59,570 bases of DNA from Phoronis australis (taxonomy: Eukaryota; Animalia; Phoronida), in the NCBI GenBank assembly GCA_002633005.1, contig NMRA01000007.1, positions 243,484 to 303,053 of the forward strand. Direction: 5' to 3'. Under the pieces are notes generated by a model that made no database searches, was not told the origin of the DNA, and was given only the letters and a program-made list of their open reading frames with translations. Shown piece by piece: positions 38,152 through 51,100 of this stretch; the stretch's first letter is position 1; each line of letters opens with the position of its first letter. Both the position numbers and the translations under genes were made by a program.

Positions 38152-40207
38152 CTTACTCTTCAGTCAAGCATGTCATGATACTGGAGTTTTGCACTGGTTT
38201 GTTTCAAGTTATGGTATAAACCATAAAAATTCATTGTAACAACTTGCTCAATTTTTGTTGTTTGTAATCATTCGGTATATGTTAAGTAGCAATACAATAA
38301 ACATACTAATAGTAATCAATGCACCAGGCTGATTCTCAACATTGTCAGAGTGCCTGAATGTACTGCTTGAAGAGTATGATTGATGAAACAAAGAGAAGAG
38401 TAATTTTTTCAAAACATTCATTTTAAAGTGTCTCAATTTAAGATTGTCTTATGGTATTGTTCATTTTATTTTATGTAAACAGAAATGTTTAATTCTTTTA
38501 TATATTATTTAATTGTAAAGATTAGCAGTGCACTCTGCCTAACTCTTACACTGCAGTGGTGTTGATGAGATTGAGGATAAATTCTCGTAGAGATGTTCTG
38601 CCAACAGTTTCACCTAACATAGTCGCAATATTTTCTTTTTCGTGATATTTCCTGGTTTCTCATTGCTAGTATTTAATGTTTGTTTTCAAATAAATTGTTT
38701 GAAATTACAAATGATGGAGTGAATTGGGCACAAATGAAAATTGTGGTTTAAAAATGGGTATTTCCAATAAAAACAAATAAGAAATACCTTAGTTGCAACA
38801 ATGACAGGGCTTGGAATGACCAATGACAAACAAGAGGGAAATTTTCCAGGTGATGTAAATAAATAGGAGTGTGTTATAGAAATATTTTTGGTGTATGGAT
38901 AAAGTCAAAATAATGATGAAAGACGAAAAAAGAGGAAACTTGAAATCAAATAAGAGGAATGCGAAACCAAAAAAAGAGCAAATCTTCTTAAGAGAAAAAT
39001 TCCAAGCCCTAAAAAATATGACCAACTCAAAGGTGAGAAAGTAGGCTGGAAATTGACTTATGTGCAGATTTTGACACAAAAGACTAAAATTGCAGGTATT
39101 TGTTTCAGTGAATATTAAGTAATATGTACAAATTACAGTGTAGTCATTTGACATTTTCTTCCATTTGTAATACTTTTAACATTATTGTGAATTTCCTCAA
39201 TGTCCCACTGTCTGATATTTTAGCTACAGTATAAATAATGGTTGACATTTGTTTGATACTTGTACCTTTTATCTTCAATGAAGCAAATGAAAAAAAAATT
39301 ACGTGTTTGCCATATTATGTCCAAAACTGGTGAAATTTTGACATGAAAGTAAACATGAGTAGTTGTACTTCACAAAAATAAAGTTTTTTGTGAAAAGAAT
39401 TGTGGTTCATCAGAGCAGACAGTGAAAAAAGGCGAAAGATTGTCTACCCTCAAATAACAGTTAAAAGTTTTGTTGTATGTTATTCACTTTCAAATGTGCA
39501 TTCGGTCTTGTCAAAATTCTATGGTGCATCAGCATGTTGTGGGGGCAATCTCAACTCCCTCACCCCCACTTGGTTATGCGTGCAACCAGGTATACACCTC
39601 ACCACTGCATTGAAGACTAGAATGTATTATACAAACTGATTATATTAAATACAACAATGGGTATTACAAAATGAAACACAAACAACATTATTTTTTTAGG
39701 TTTACTAGTTAAAGACTACAAGGTTGGGTGATAGAAAATTTTACAATCAAATCAATTACATGTTTTCTAGTTGCATGATATCAAAACCATTGTTGAACAA
39801 TGGCCAAGTAATGTGCTACAATGTGATGTCGTTGTTCATATCCAGCATAAAACTTATCCAATCGTCCCCAAGAGCTAATGAACACAGACAAATGACACCA
39901 ATCAACAGTCACACAATAAACTAGTCGGCCATTACTGCACAGTAGCAGTTCCAGTTCATGTTCGCCTAGCACCTCATCTACAACACTAAAGTACGCTATT
40001 TATCATTGATCATAGTTACAGTGAGTCAACAACCCTTTTTCGCCTATGAAACGCACACCCACAGTAATGTACCACTCCGACAACAGCTGATAAACAATCC
40101 TCGTTTTCCTGTTTACTACACACACACAAGTTCACAATGGTGTACAGTGACGACATAATGACAAGTTTTGCTCTCCAGGATATCAGACAGGTCCACATTA
40201 CAGCTCA

Positions 40208-42186
40208 CTAACAATCCTTATTCTCCTTAGAATAGTTCTCCAACAGTTCATCCACAGCTGAAACCATTCGCTGAAGATAAAATGGTCCCGGTTCAACTCC
40301 TGACACAGCATCAAGTATGGCCGACTCACTGTAAAACCAAAATGCAACAAAAGCAGTCTAAAATGTCACTTGAAGAGTAGAACCATATTTCAGTGAAGAA
40401 TGATCAATTGATGAGAGTGAAACAACTATGTGATAGCACTACACACGACTTCTCTTCAAAATTAATGTAAGGGAGAAAACTACCAACTGGTTGTAACACA
40501 AGGAATTTACCTCAGTTCACCAATCTTCACAGCACACGAACACTGTAGTCTCTCTGCTGGATAGCGACCTGGCTGTAGAGGGAACGTAATGTGAAACTTG
40601 GAGAACGCCTCAAGGTGGGAGAAGCCAACTGTGACACAGGTCTCATTCGTTTGCACCGAGTGCCGTAAGTCCACGCGTTCTAGCTCGCCAGCAAGAGTCA
40701 GGGCGTCGTCCGTGATCTTGGACAGACGTGCCAGCAACTACAACACAAAGTAATGGGTGTCTGAGAAAGCAGAAAAGGCTGATCACATGGGATCACTGAC
40801 TCTTAGCACCACCTTGCTGCACCAGGCGGTACATCTCCTTCACAACAGGTGCCATGAGCAACGGGAAATTTTTGTATGTGATTAGACATGACGCATTTCA
40901 AAGAACATTTGAATTGTCTCCTTGTCTCCTATGGGCCACTACTATGCAATCCGACGTGGTCAGTTGCTACTTGGAAAACTTCCACTAAATATGCCATAAC
41001 ACACTACAGTAGCAACTAAGTCTCATTTCTCACATTGCTCATCCTCTTTCGGGAGTTTGTTTCATGAAAAATGACTCAAGTCTAAATTTCGATCTTCTGT
41101 TCGAATTTCACTATCACTAATAAAAAATAGACTTTCTATATAATCATAAGGACCTCACAGATTACCAATGCCCGTGTTCGAATTACTTCATTAAATACGA
41201 GTATCTTTTCACGGACTTGGATAAATTGAGATAAAATTATTTTTGGGAAGTAGTCGCCAGGACTGTGTAAAATTTCTGAATGAAGTCCTTAAGCACTTTT
41301 CATGAGACAGCATTCTCACGACACGGGCACTCTGCAAAATACTTTGAAAAACTACTCGACATTCAAGCACTACCAACTAACTGCACTAACGCCCATCACA
41401 CTATCATAGATATCAAATCCTACTGAAGGACTAGATTTGCTGTATGTCCTTGAAAATCACAGCACCACTTGAAACATTTTGAATCCCTGTCAAAACAGGT
41501 GGTAAGCAGCATTCGAAATACACGCTGGCCTGGAACTAGTGGATTTGCAGCCGGGACAGTACACTTTCACATACAGGCCCTATGTGGATGTGGTCTCATA
41601 TTCAAGTAACTGACCTGGCAGGCCAGCACTTATTTGCTGAAGCTCAAACGCTGGTGGAAAGGTTAAAAAACATAAAATATTGAACCGATTTAAAGGACCA
41701 AGTGTTGTACCAACATGTTTAGACTACTACCTTGTCCTTCAATGCATCAGACTCACCTGAGGTAGATCATCAAGGCATGTGTAGACTACAGACAAGTTGG
41801 CCTGGTCAAGGCTGCCAAGGACCATCTTATGGGCATGGTGAGCAAGCGGCCCCGCTTGGTCTGCAACAGAAACAACAGCAGACAATGGAAATATCCAAAA
41901 CATGTTCAAAGTAAAGGAATGCATAAACACTTATACCAGTGACACGTGGGCACCTATGCACGCACTCACACAAACTGTTATGGAATAGTGAAGTGCAGGG
42001 CAATTTTGCAAATATATATATATAAACAAACCTGGCAGTTTTGACAGTAAACAGACCCTGTCCCTGGATTCAGATACGCCGCTGTCGCCAATACCAGAGA
42101 ATTGCACCTCAAGGACCAAGGAACCGAACATGAAACTGAACTTGGCGTGCTGGTCACAAAACTCTTCTAACTGCCATGGCACGTAA
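40208..42186 (-). CDS. KNL1: KNL1 C-terminal RWD-type exons (42186-42032, 41860-41757, 40737-40511, 40328-40208)
   Basis: WQLEEF..AKFSFMFGSLVLEVQF; VGFSHLEAFSKFHITFPLQPGRYP; VEPGPFYLQRMV; TAG stop at 40210-40208. Confidence 0.88.
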
Positions 42187-45100
42187 CTGTAAAATAAATC
42201 GAAGGTTACGCAAAAAGGGCAATTCAATGTTGATAAAAACAATGTGTACCTATTATATTGACTGTTTGTTACAAGAACTGTTGCCATGGGCTGTTTTATG
42301 AAATTATTAAATAAATGTAATTATAGTAAATAAATATAATGACATTAGCTGACTATGTAAGATTACCTTCTAAGGAAAATTTGTAACGAAATATTACAAA
42401 TATGCAAGCCCAAAGAACTACTACGAAACCAACAAATAAAAAATATTAAAACAGTTTGATATGGACTATGAATGACCTTGGTGCTTGTATTCATAAAAAA
42501 AAACGTTCACAAACACATAGGTATTAAATAAAATGTAACAAAACCAATCCTGGAAAAGAAATCTTTCCAATGGGTGAAGAAGATTTAGTTTCATGCTTTT
42601 CATATTTTTCAAGGAATCAATGTAAGGTCGACTAGTTGTTACTATTCACCTTTGCAATCGTTCCAGCTTTTCGCAGTTTTTCCCCAAAGCCTCTGCCTGT
42701 GCCGCATCGTCGGAGCAGTCCACCAGGTGGTACTCAAGGTCCTTAAGTTCAGTAAATAAGTGATCGTTCTCTGATGCAATGTCATCACTTTCCCTAAAAA
42801 TGATTGCTAGGCTGAGACATGCATCAACATCACACGCCACCTAGCAGAAACAACTGGAACTGCATACAAGTGCAGGGTATATAGTCCTCAATCACTGACC
42901 ACTGGATATCATGCTTCCTGCCAGTGCACTTTCTGTGCTAAAATCAATTATTGTAAATTATAATTGGCATGATAAACAAACAATGCTTTCACAAACACAT
43001 TTCTTTCCTTTTCACTTGATAAAAAGATTCTATTATCACAGCATAGTACTTCAAAACTGTAGGTATACAAAAAAATGGACACAACTGAGGAAAGAAATGT
43101 GTTTGTGAGAAAAGAATTGTTGCAGGTGAGAAAAAATCCTTTTAAAAGAATACTGTTAAAGAAAACACATACTTGATCAAATTTTAGTATATTTTTGCGA
43201 CAATGGCGCAACTGTTATAGTTTCGGGTGCACAGTTTAAAATTAACTTGTGCATCTTGGGCACACAAACTTCCAACGCTTCCTAATATCCATATGCTAAT
43301 AACTAAGAAACAAAATTTTATTCCAGGCAGGAACACTTGGACAAATAACATCTGGTTGACATCAAGCATTTCCTTGTTTTCTGCTGATGCAAGTCCCCAC
43401 ATTTTACTTGAAGGTCACACATAATCCAGTTCTGTCGAGATGTTGGATGCACAAATTTATTGATCAAAATTGAATTCTACACATGCACCATTAGTGAGGG
43501 AGGAAGACTATTGGTGAGGGAGGAAGACTATTGGTGAGGGAGGAAGACTATTGGTGAGGGAGGAAGACTATTGGTGAGGGAGGAAGACTATTGGTGAGGG
43601 AGGAAGACTATTTATTGTACACTTTTTGAGGCAGGCGACTTAGCTTTCCTGATGGGTAAAATTTAATACAAACCTCTGTAGATTTGCTTTTTCAGTTTGG
43701 ACAGCCTGAAGCTCTAGAAACAGAAACAAACCATTTTAAATCAGCACATAAGAAATATGAACAGTAAATGTGAAAGATAACAGTGGATTTAGAGGACTTA
43801 AGTATTATATTTAGTTTATGCAACTTAATAAAATGAAAATAGTTTGAATAAAAGAAATATTTTCATTGATTGTATTCAGTGTCAGTAAATGTTACTCAAA
43901 CAGATAATCTGTAGTTGTGAACAAGTGGACTTAGGAATGTAATATCACGTGTTATGCTAATATATAGGAATGTAATATCACGTGTTATGCTAATATATAG
44001 GAATGTAATATTACGTGTTATGCTAATATATAGGAATGTAATATCACGTGTTATGCTAATATATTATCTGTTTTATAACAGCTCAGCAACAAATGTGATA
44101 TTAACATAAAATGTTTGTGAGCTCAGTCAGTTTCGGCCCTCAGAATTAATACACAAATCGTATAACAACCATACGTATAAATAATAAATTGTGTGCGTTG
44201 TTCCCCGGCACAGCACGGTAAAATCTCACCAATTTTGGACACAATATGTTATATTACATTTTCTCATTTCTGCCCATTAAAGTATAACACCGAATGTCTT
44301 GCTTTCCCATAATGAAGTTCTGTACCATGCCTCCCACCTGACAATATTTTAAAAAATTGTGGGTATTCACGAAAATGTTACAAGCCCTTGAAAACTGAAA
44401 AAACTCGGCAATTTTGGCGATTATTTTTGTCCGTAATTTGTGAGCAACTGTACAAACTCTATCCTTACCATTTTCCTTTACAGCCAGCTGTTCTGTCGTC
44501 CGTGATAACTCCCCGATGTCACGCGATAAAGAAGCCAGTAAACTCTCAAGTTCGCTAGTTTCTTTGTCCATTTGTGCCTCCACTAGAATGAAGCGTTACA
44601 ATACAGGACAAAGTGAAAGGGCCAGTCTAGTAACAGAAGTAAGTGATTTTACACTCCCACACAGACACTTAAAATCAGCTAAACTTCATACAGTGATCTT
44701 AAATATCTTTCAAATATAATTATTGCTGAGTAACGAACAGTACACCTTAAATGACGAAAACGCAGAACAAAAACTATGTTCACACACAGACTCATACATA
44801 CATCATTTGTCACTGCAGTGTTGATAATTAGTGAAAATTTGAACACTTGGAAGTGCACATTTCATTTTAACAGAAGAGATGAACTTAAATTCATTGTAAA
44901 TTAATAAACTCCAATTTAAACCTTGCTGTTATTATTTTTATCTGGCATTTTTTACAAATAAAATGATAGTTTTTGTAATGACAGCATCAAATGCTTCCTC
45001 TGGTGAACATTTGTGTAAATGGTACTTCTAACAGAAATCAACTTGTCTCTGAACAATTGTAGAAAGTATGTTCCAAAGTTTCAGGCTGACCAATGGCAAA

Positions 45101-48100
45101 GAGAATTGAAAAGATATACGCTCAGGCCACACCCCCTACCTTCATCCACTTGGCTGATGCAGTAGCTCATTCGTTCATTCACAGTGTCCAACTGTTTGAT
45201 TGACTTGCCTAAGCACTCTTCTTCTTCCTGTTTCAACAGAGCACACAAACAGTTATTGGTAATTTAGGAAATGGTTCCAATCTAGTTTACGGAGACTAGA
45301 ACGTGAAAATGCACTTCTTTGACAAAAGTACTCATTTGTAATATTTTCGAGAGAATTATTTCACTTTGAACTATGTAGGAATTTTCAGAAAAAAAAATCC
45401 AACATCACATTAACCAAGGATGTGCACAGCCAACATGCCCTTTAGAAATATCGCTCCAGTGACCGGTCGCATGAAACGATCGTAAATAAGGACTCTGAAA
45501 CATTCCTTAATTTTTCTCCGCAAACATACACTTGTGAAAATATTGATTGTCATTCCAACACTGTTTTATTTCCATCACTAAGTTTATTTTTTTCTTGTGA
45601 CAAACTCAGAGTAAACTCTATGTTGAATTCTAAATTCCCCTAGTTTAATGACAAAGTTCCTATTTATTGAAATAAGGGCTCTATTTATAGATACTCTATT
45701 GGAAAATGTCTTTAGTCAAGAGAAAAGCATAATAAGGACATGATAGAAACATTTTTAGGCAAACACACATAGACGCGTCAAAGGTTTAGGGAACTGAGTT
45801 AACACCCAGACACAGATACCTGGTAGGCCTCCAATATTGTTTTAAGAAATTTGGTCTGCCATTCTTTGTACATGTTCTTCGACATCTTCATGCAGTTTTG
45901 GAGCAACAAACGTGCTTCAGTTTCAAACTCCTTCAGCTGTCAACAGATGAACAAAGCTATATAGACACCAAGTGGCATTGCATTATGCTTTAGTTTGCCA
46001 CAGCAAATTTCAACGACACGAAACATTTCACAAATCTTTATGCGAGATTGTGCATTTTTAATAATCTGAAATCAATAAGATCAATGTGATTTAATGTATC
46101 AAAAAAGATTTCCAGCCAGGCGTAATACAATCTTGGTAAACCAGAAGCGTTACGTCGCCTCATATCAAAATTTGAATTATTTCTTCCAAGCTGGCAAATG
46201 TAGACACTTGTAATTGACATATAGATGTTCCAGCATAATAGCTGTATCAGCTGTAAGCCAAGGTCATGCAAATGCAATCTCAAACCAGTAAAAGTCTAAC
46301 CTGAATATCGCCATAAGTCTTCACTTTTTTGATTATTTCAGGGTTTTTGGCCGAAATTCTGTTTTCCGCTGCAACAATCTCTTCCTTTAGCCTGCAATGA
46401 AAAACACATACGGTGTGACAAAATGAGAAATGTTGACAAATTCAAACAACACTGAAATAGTAACGAAATATTTAATGGACTAAACTGGACATAATCTTCA
46501 GAAAAATTCCTTCCCTTCTCCTCGAAGAAATCACAAAATTTTCTGCTGCTAACATCGTACCTTCTTTCAATGATTAATTTTCCTCCGATTTCCTTTTTCA
46601 ATTTTTAATGCAATTTCTTAACATTTTTTCTAAAACTACAGCACACCAGCAATGATGACAAATTTTTGACTGACACCCAATCCATGTCATTTTAGTGTCT
46701 AAAGTGTTAAGAGCTATTGGGAAAGCATTTCATATGTATTCAGTGCAGTCTCTGGCCAAGTAATGACTCACCTTTCTATTTCTGTAGACAAGTAATCACA
46801 AGCCCACTCATGCTGCTTCAATTCTGGCTGTACAATACACACCAGATCAAGGAACTCACCCAGACTTTCAGGCGGCGCCATCTGGAGACAAATTCACATT
46901 GATAATGGCCAACTGTCTGACATATAGCCAAATATTTAGAAGAATGTACAATTTAACGCTGAAAAGTATCGTTTCCCGAAAGAAAAATGCCTACGAAATT
47001 TGACTTTTATACTTTATACCAATCTGATCATTGCATACAATTATATTTTATAAAAAAACACTGATGAAAATGGATTGGCTGCAGTCGCTAAGTCACTTCA
47101 ATAGTTACTTTCATTCATGTATTCATTCCATACTGGTTGTAATCCCAGTACATTGCTGCATTTTAGAAAAATCGTCTAACAAATACTGCCATCCTTTTTC
47201 AAAACAAGTCCTCAGACTAGAAAACACAATCAAAGTTTCATGTGTAGATAAGCATTACATGCTGATTAAACATCTATTTTGCTATGCCAAATACTATCAC
47301 ACCCAAAACAGCCATGTCAAGGCTAAACTCAATGAGAACTGGGCAAGCCACCAACTGCTTACTGAAACTGGAGCTATGGTGCTTCTTCTGGTGACGTTTG
47401 GTACAGCAAAAGAAATGCGAATGTATTCAAGGAAATCGGAACAGCTCCAGAGTCCTTCTGCAGAAGTGGTCATCAGAGACTGAAAACAGAATGCGCAGTT
47501 GTAACTACCTGCAATGACCACAATATATAACTACCTGCAATTATCACCATATTTATAACTACCTGTAATGATCACCGTTTTATTGTAATTATGGTCTTCC
47601 AAATATTACCAAGGCTAAACGATGGAATACAAGAGCTTATTTCAAGAACTATTCAAAGCCAAGGCTCTAAATTCAAGGGATTTTCAAGACTGTGCAAACT
47701 ATGTTCGTGCCATGATATTGCCTATAACCAGAGTTGCACATACATGACTGCGGAATACATACCTTCTCATGTAACGACTGGCTGAGCATAGATTTATTGT
47801 GTGATGTGGCAGGTAGACTGGCATCGCCGGCAGATTGGCTGAGCATAGATTTACCGCTTAATGTCGCGTGCAGACTGACATCACCAGTAGATTGGCTGAG
47901 CACGGATTTACTGTGTGATGAGGCGGTAGACGCTGACTTGGTGTTGTGCATGTCAGTGAAAACTGATGGTTGGTTAAAGGAGATCTCTAATGACGGCGGT
48001 TCTATCTCATCTAGTAGATCCATTTCCCCATCACCTTCAATGTGAGGCGCACCACACGCATATTAGGATAAGCCTTGTGTTTTAGGACATACAGTAAAAC

Positions 48101-51100
48101 CCAAGGGGCCCGTTCCAAGAAAACTGACTTAGCTATTAATCTTAATTCACTTAATTTTAAAATAAAGCTTATTGCAATCGGACTACTATCCATTTTTAAA
48201 GATTTTTTATATAAATATGCATCATTTATAAAGTCAGAAATTTTTATTAACAACCTTATTTCATTGCTTTCTATGACAATAGAGTGCGCTAGTGTTCCTC
48301 TATCCATACCTTTGAGACAACCACCTTCGGTTCTGACATCAGCGAATGTCTGGCCTGGCTCATCGAGCCTGTGTGGTGTGTTTTTATCACAAGGTTGGAC
48401 AACGTCCTCAGTGGCTACGGGTTCAAGAAAAGCTCCATCATTTTGGCTGGAAACATCATTTGGCAATATTTTGGCTTCAACCACTGGCTTTTGGACAAAG
48501 GACAAGGTGGGTAACTTGTCTGATTGACCTGCCTCCCCAACACGCGTCACGTCTATACCAGATGGTTGTGCTGCGACAGGCTTTGAGGGACTCCGTTCAT
48601 TGCTGATGCTATTCACACTGATATTTCCAACACAGCATGCAGTTAGCTCCATTCCTCCCGCTGTTAGTTCACCTCCAAAATATTGAGTTTGCTCAGTTTT
48701 TGAGATATTGAGTCGGCTGCTATTTACAGTGATGTTACTAACCCCGGTAGCAAGGTCCATTTCACCAGGTGTCATTAGTTTAGTGCGACAAGGTTGGGTA
48801 GACTTAGAATTTGGGATACACGGTTTGCTATCAGTGTTAACCATACTGATGTCACCAACGCAGGCTGTAAGCTCCATTCCATTGGCTGTCATTTCAGTTC
48901 CAAAACGTTGAGTAAGCTCACGTTTTGAGGTATCGAGTCTGCTGCCAACGTTATTTACACTGATGTTACCAACACAGGTTGTAAACTCCATTCCACCAGT
49001 GGTTGATTCTGTTCCGAAATGTTGCGTACGCTCAGATTTTGAGATATTCTGTTGACTGTCAACATCAACCACACTGATGTCACCAACACAAGTTGTGAGT
49101 TCCATTCCCCCTGCCGTCATTTCAGTTTCAAAATGTTGGGTAGGCTCAGGTTTTGAGGTGTTCTGTTGACTGCCAACGTTATCTACACTGATGTTACCAA
49201 CACAAGTTGTGAGTTCCATTCCCCCTGCCGTCATTTCAGTTTCAAAATGTTGGGTAGGCTCAGGTTTTGAGGTGTTCTGCTGACTGCCAACGTTATCTAC
49301 ACTGATGTTACCAACACAAGTTGTGAGTTCCATTCCCCCTGCCGTCATTTCAGTTTCAAAATGTTGGGTAGGCTCAGGTTTTGAGGTGTTCTGTTGACTG
49401 CCAACGTTATCTACACTGATGTTACCAACACAAGTTGTTAGTTCCATCGCACCAGCTGTCACTTCAGGTCCAAAGTGCTGAGTAGGCTCAGGTTTTGTGA
49501 TATTCAGCAAATGGCTAACATTATCCACAAGGACGTTGCCAACACAGGTTGTCAGTTCCATTCCTCTGTCTGAAAGGTCAGCTTCAAAATGTTGCGTAGG
49601 CTCGGGTTTCGGGATATTCTGTTGATGGCCAATGTTATTCACGCTGATGTCACCAACGCTGGCAGTAAGTTCCATTCCACCAGCCATTTCGGCTCCAAAA
49701 TGTTGAGTAACCTCAGATTTTGAGAAATTATGTTTGTTGCCAATGCTGTCTACATGTCCATTTCCACCACAATTTGTCAAGTCCACAAGACTGGCAGTTA
49801 GATTAGCTCCAGAATGCTGGACCAAATCAGGTTTTGAGAAACTCTGAGGACCGTTGACACTTCCAACACTTAGGTTACCAACACAGGTTGTCAATTCCAT
49901 GCCATCGGAGCCAAAGAGACAAGTTTTGTTGGCTTTGGAGTTGACGGCAGAATGATCCGATTCATCCACCACGTCACCGTTCTGTCCACCAGGTGGTGCT
50001 ACAGGATCGCCGCCAATGCACTCAGTAAACTCCATGTCTGCGTCGTTAGCATTGAACACCTTCGTTTCTTCCTCATTGGTTAGCGTAGGCTTGACAGAGG
50101 GACGAATGATTTCCGTTGAAAGCGTGTTCTGAGGCTCACAGACAGTGGCCACCTGAAATGTGGAATGTAAAGTAGTGTGTTTCTAGCATACAACAAATCT
50201 TCGCAACATTCATAAGGAAACCGTCCAACAGGGACTCCACTATGTTCCCTAAATTTTGAGTGCATTGTAGACTTTCATCCTCATTATGATCTCGTCTATT
50301 ACTTGCGATATTTTCTACTAACAGTGTTTTTGAGATTTTACCTTAATTGTATCCAATAAAATTGGATCATGTTATTGATATCACTGTTTTGGTATCAATG
50401 TACCATTCTCGTTTTACACTCAATTTGACTAAAACTACAAGGTCATATGACCCAGTTAATAACAGATTGGTAAAAAGTAAAAAAATCTCAAATTCTGCAG
50501 ATTCTTATTTTTAGAAAACAAGAAACAAGACCACGAGTCATCTATCTACTTACCTTGCCTACCAGCAGGTTGGGCTCCTTTCGACCCTCAACAAAGCTAC
50601 CATTAATGCCTTCAACAGTTCCAATACACTTTGTGAAGTCCATCTCACCACCCTTCAGGTCAACATCAAGACGTCGGGTTGATTCAGCTCTAAATGGAAT
50701 CAATGTGTCGTTATCTACAATTTGTCCACCAGAGAACGTGAACTCCATGCTGTCATCATGGCAATTGTCGGCTTTACTCTCAACTGACAAGGCAGGGACA
50801 GGTTGTTTAGTGCTCTTGTGGTCGCTTATCGCCTGAAAAAGTTGGCTAGGTTTGCTAGGGACTTCACCAGACGACAAGCCCTTGAGACAGTTCAAAGTTT
50901 CGGCAAACTGCTGCGATGAGCTAGCTGAAGCCAGAGCAGACCTCTCACCACATTTCCCCTTTGCTGGTCCAAGCAAGGACGCATTCATCATTTTCTCAAC
51001 ACCTGTGTTATTAGCTGACCGCCAACAAAATGTGGCACCAGCCAACAGCTTCTCAGTATCCATGGACCGCTCGATAAACCGCGACCGATCACCAATGGCA

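Noticed and set aside
43491-44063. CRISPR-like arrays
   Set aside because: The units are contiguous with no unique spacers, there are no cas genes, and the context is a eukaryotic intron
48011-48309. C-terminal ~100 aa of the 713-aa ORF as normal KNL1 sequence
   Set aside because: Composition shifts to AT-rich intron-like sequence, and the donor at 48310 restores frame with the conserved downstream exons
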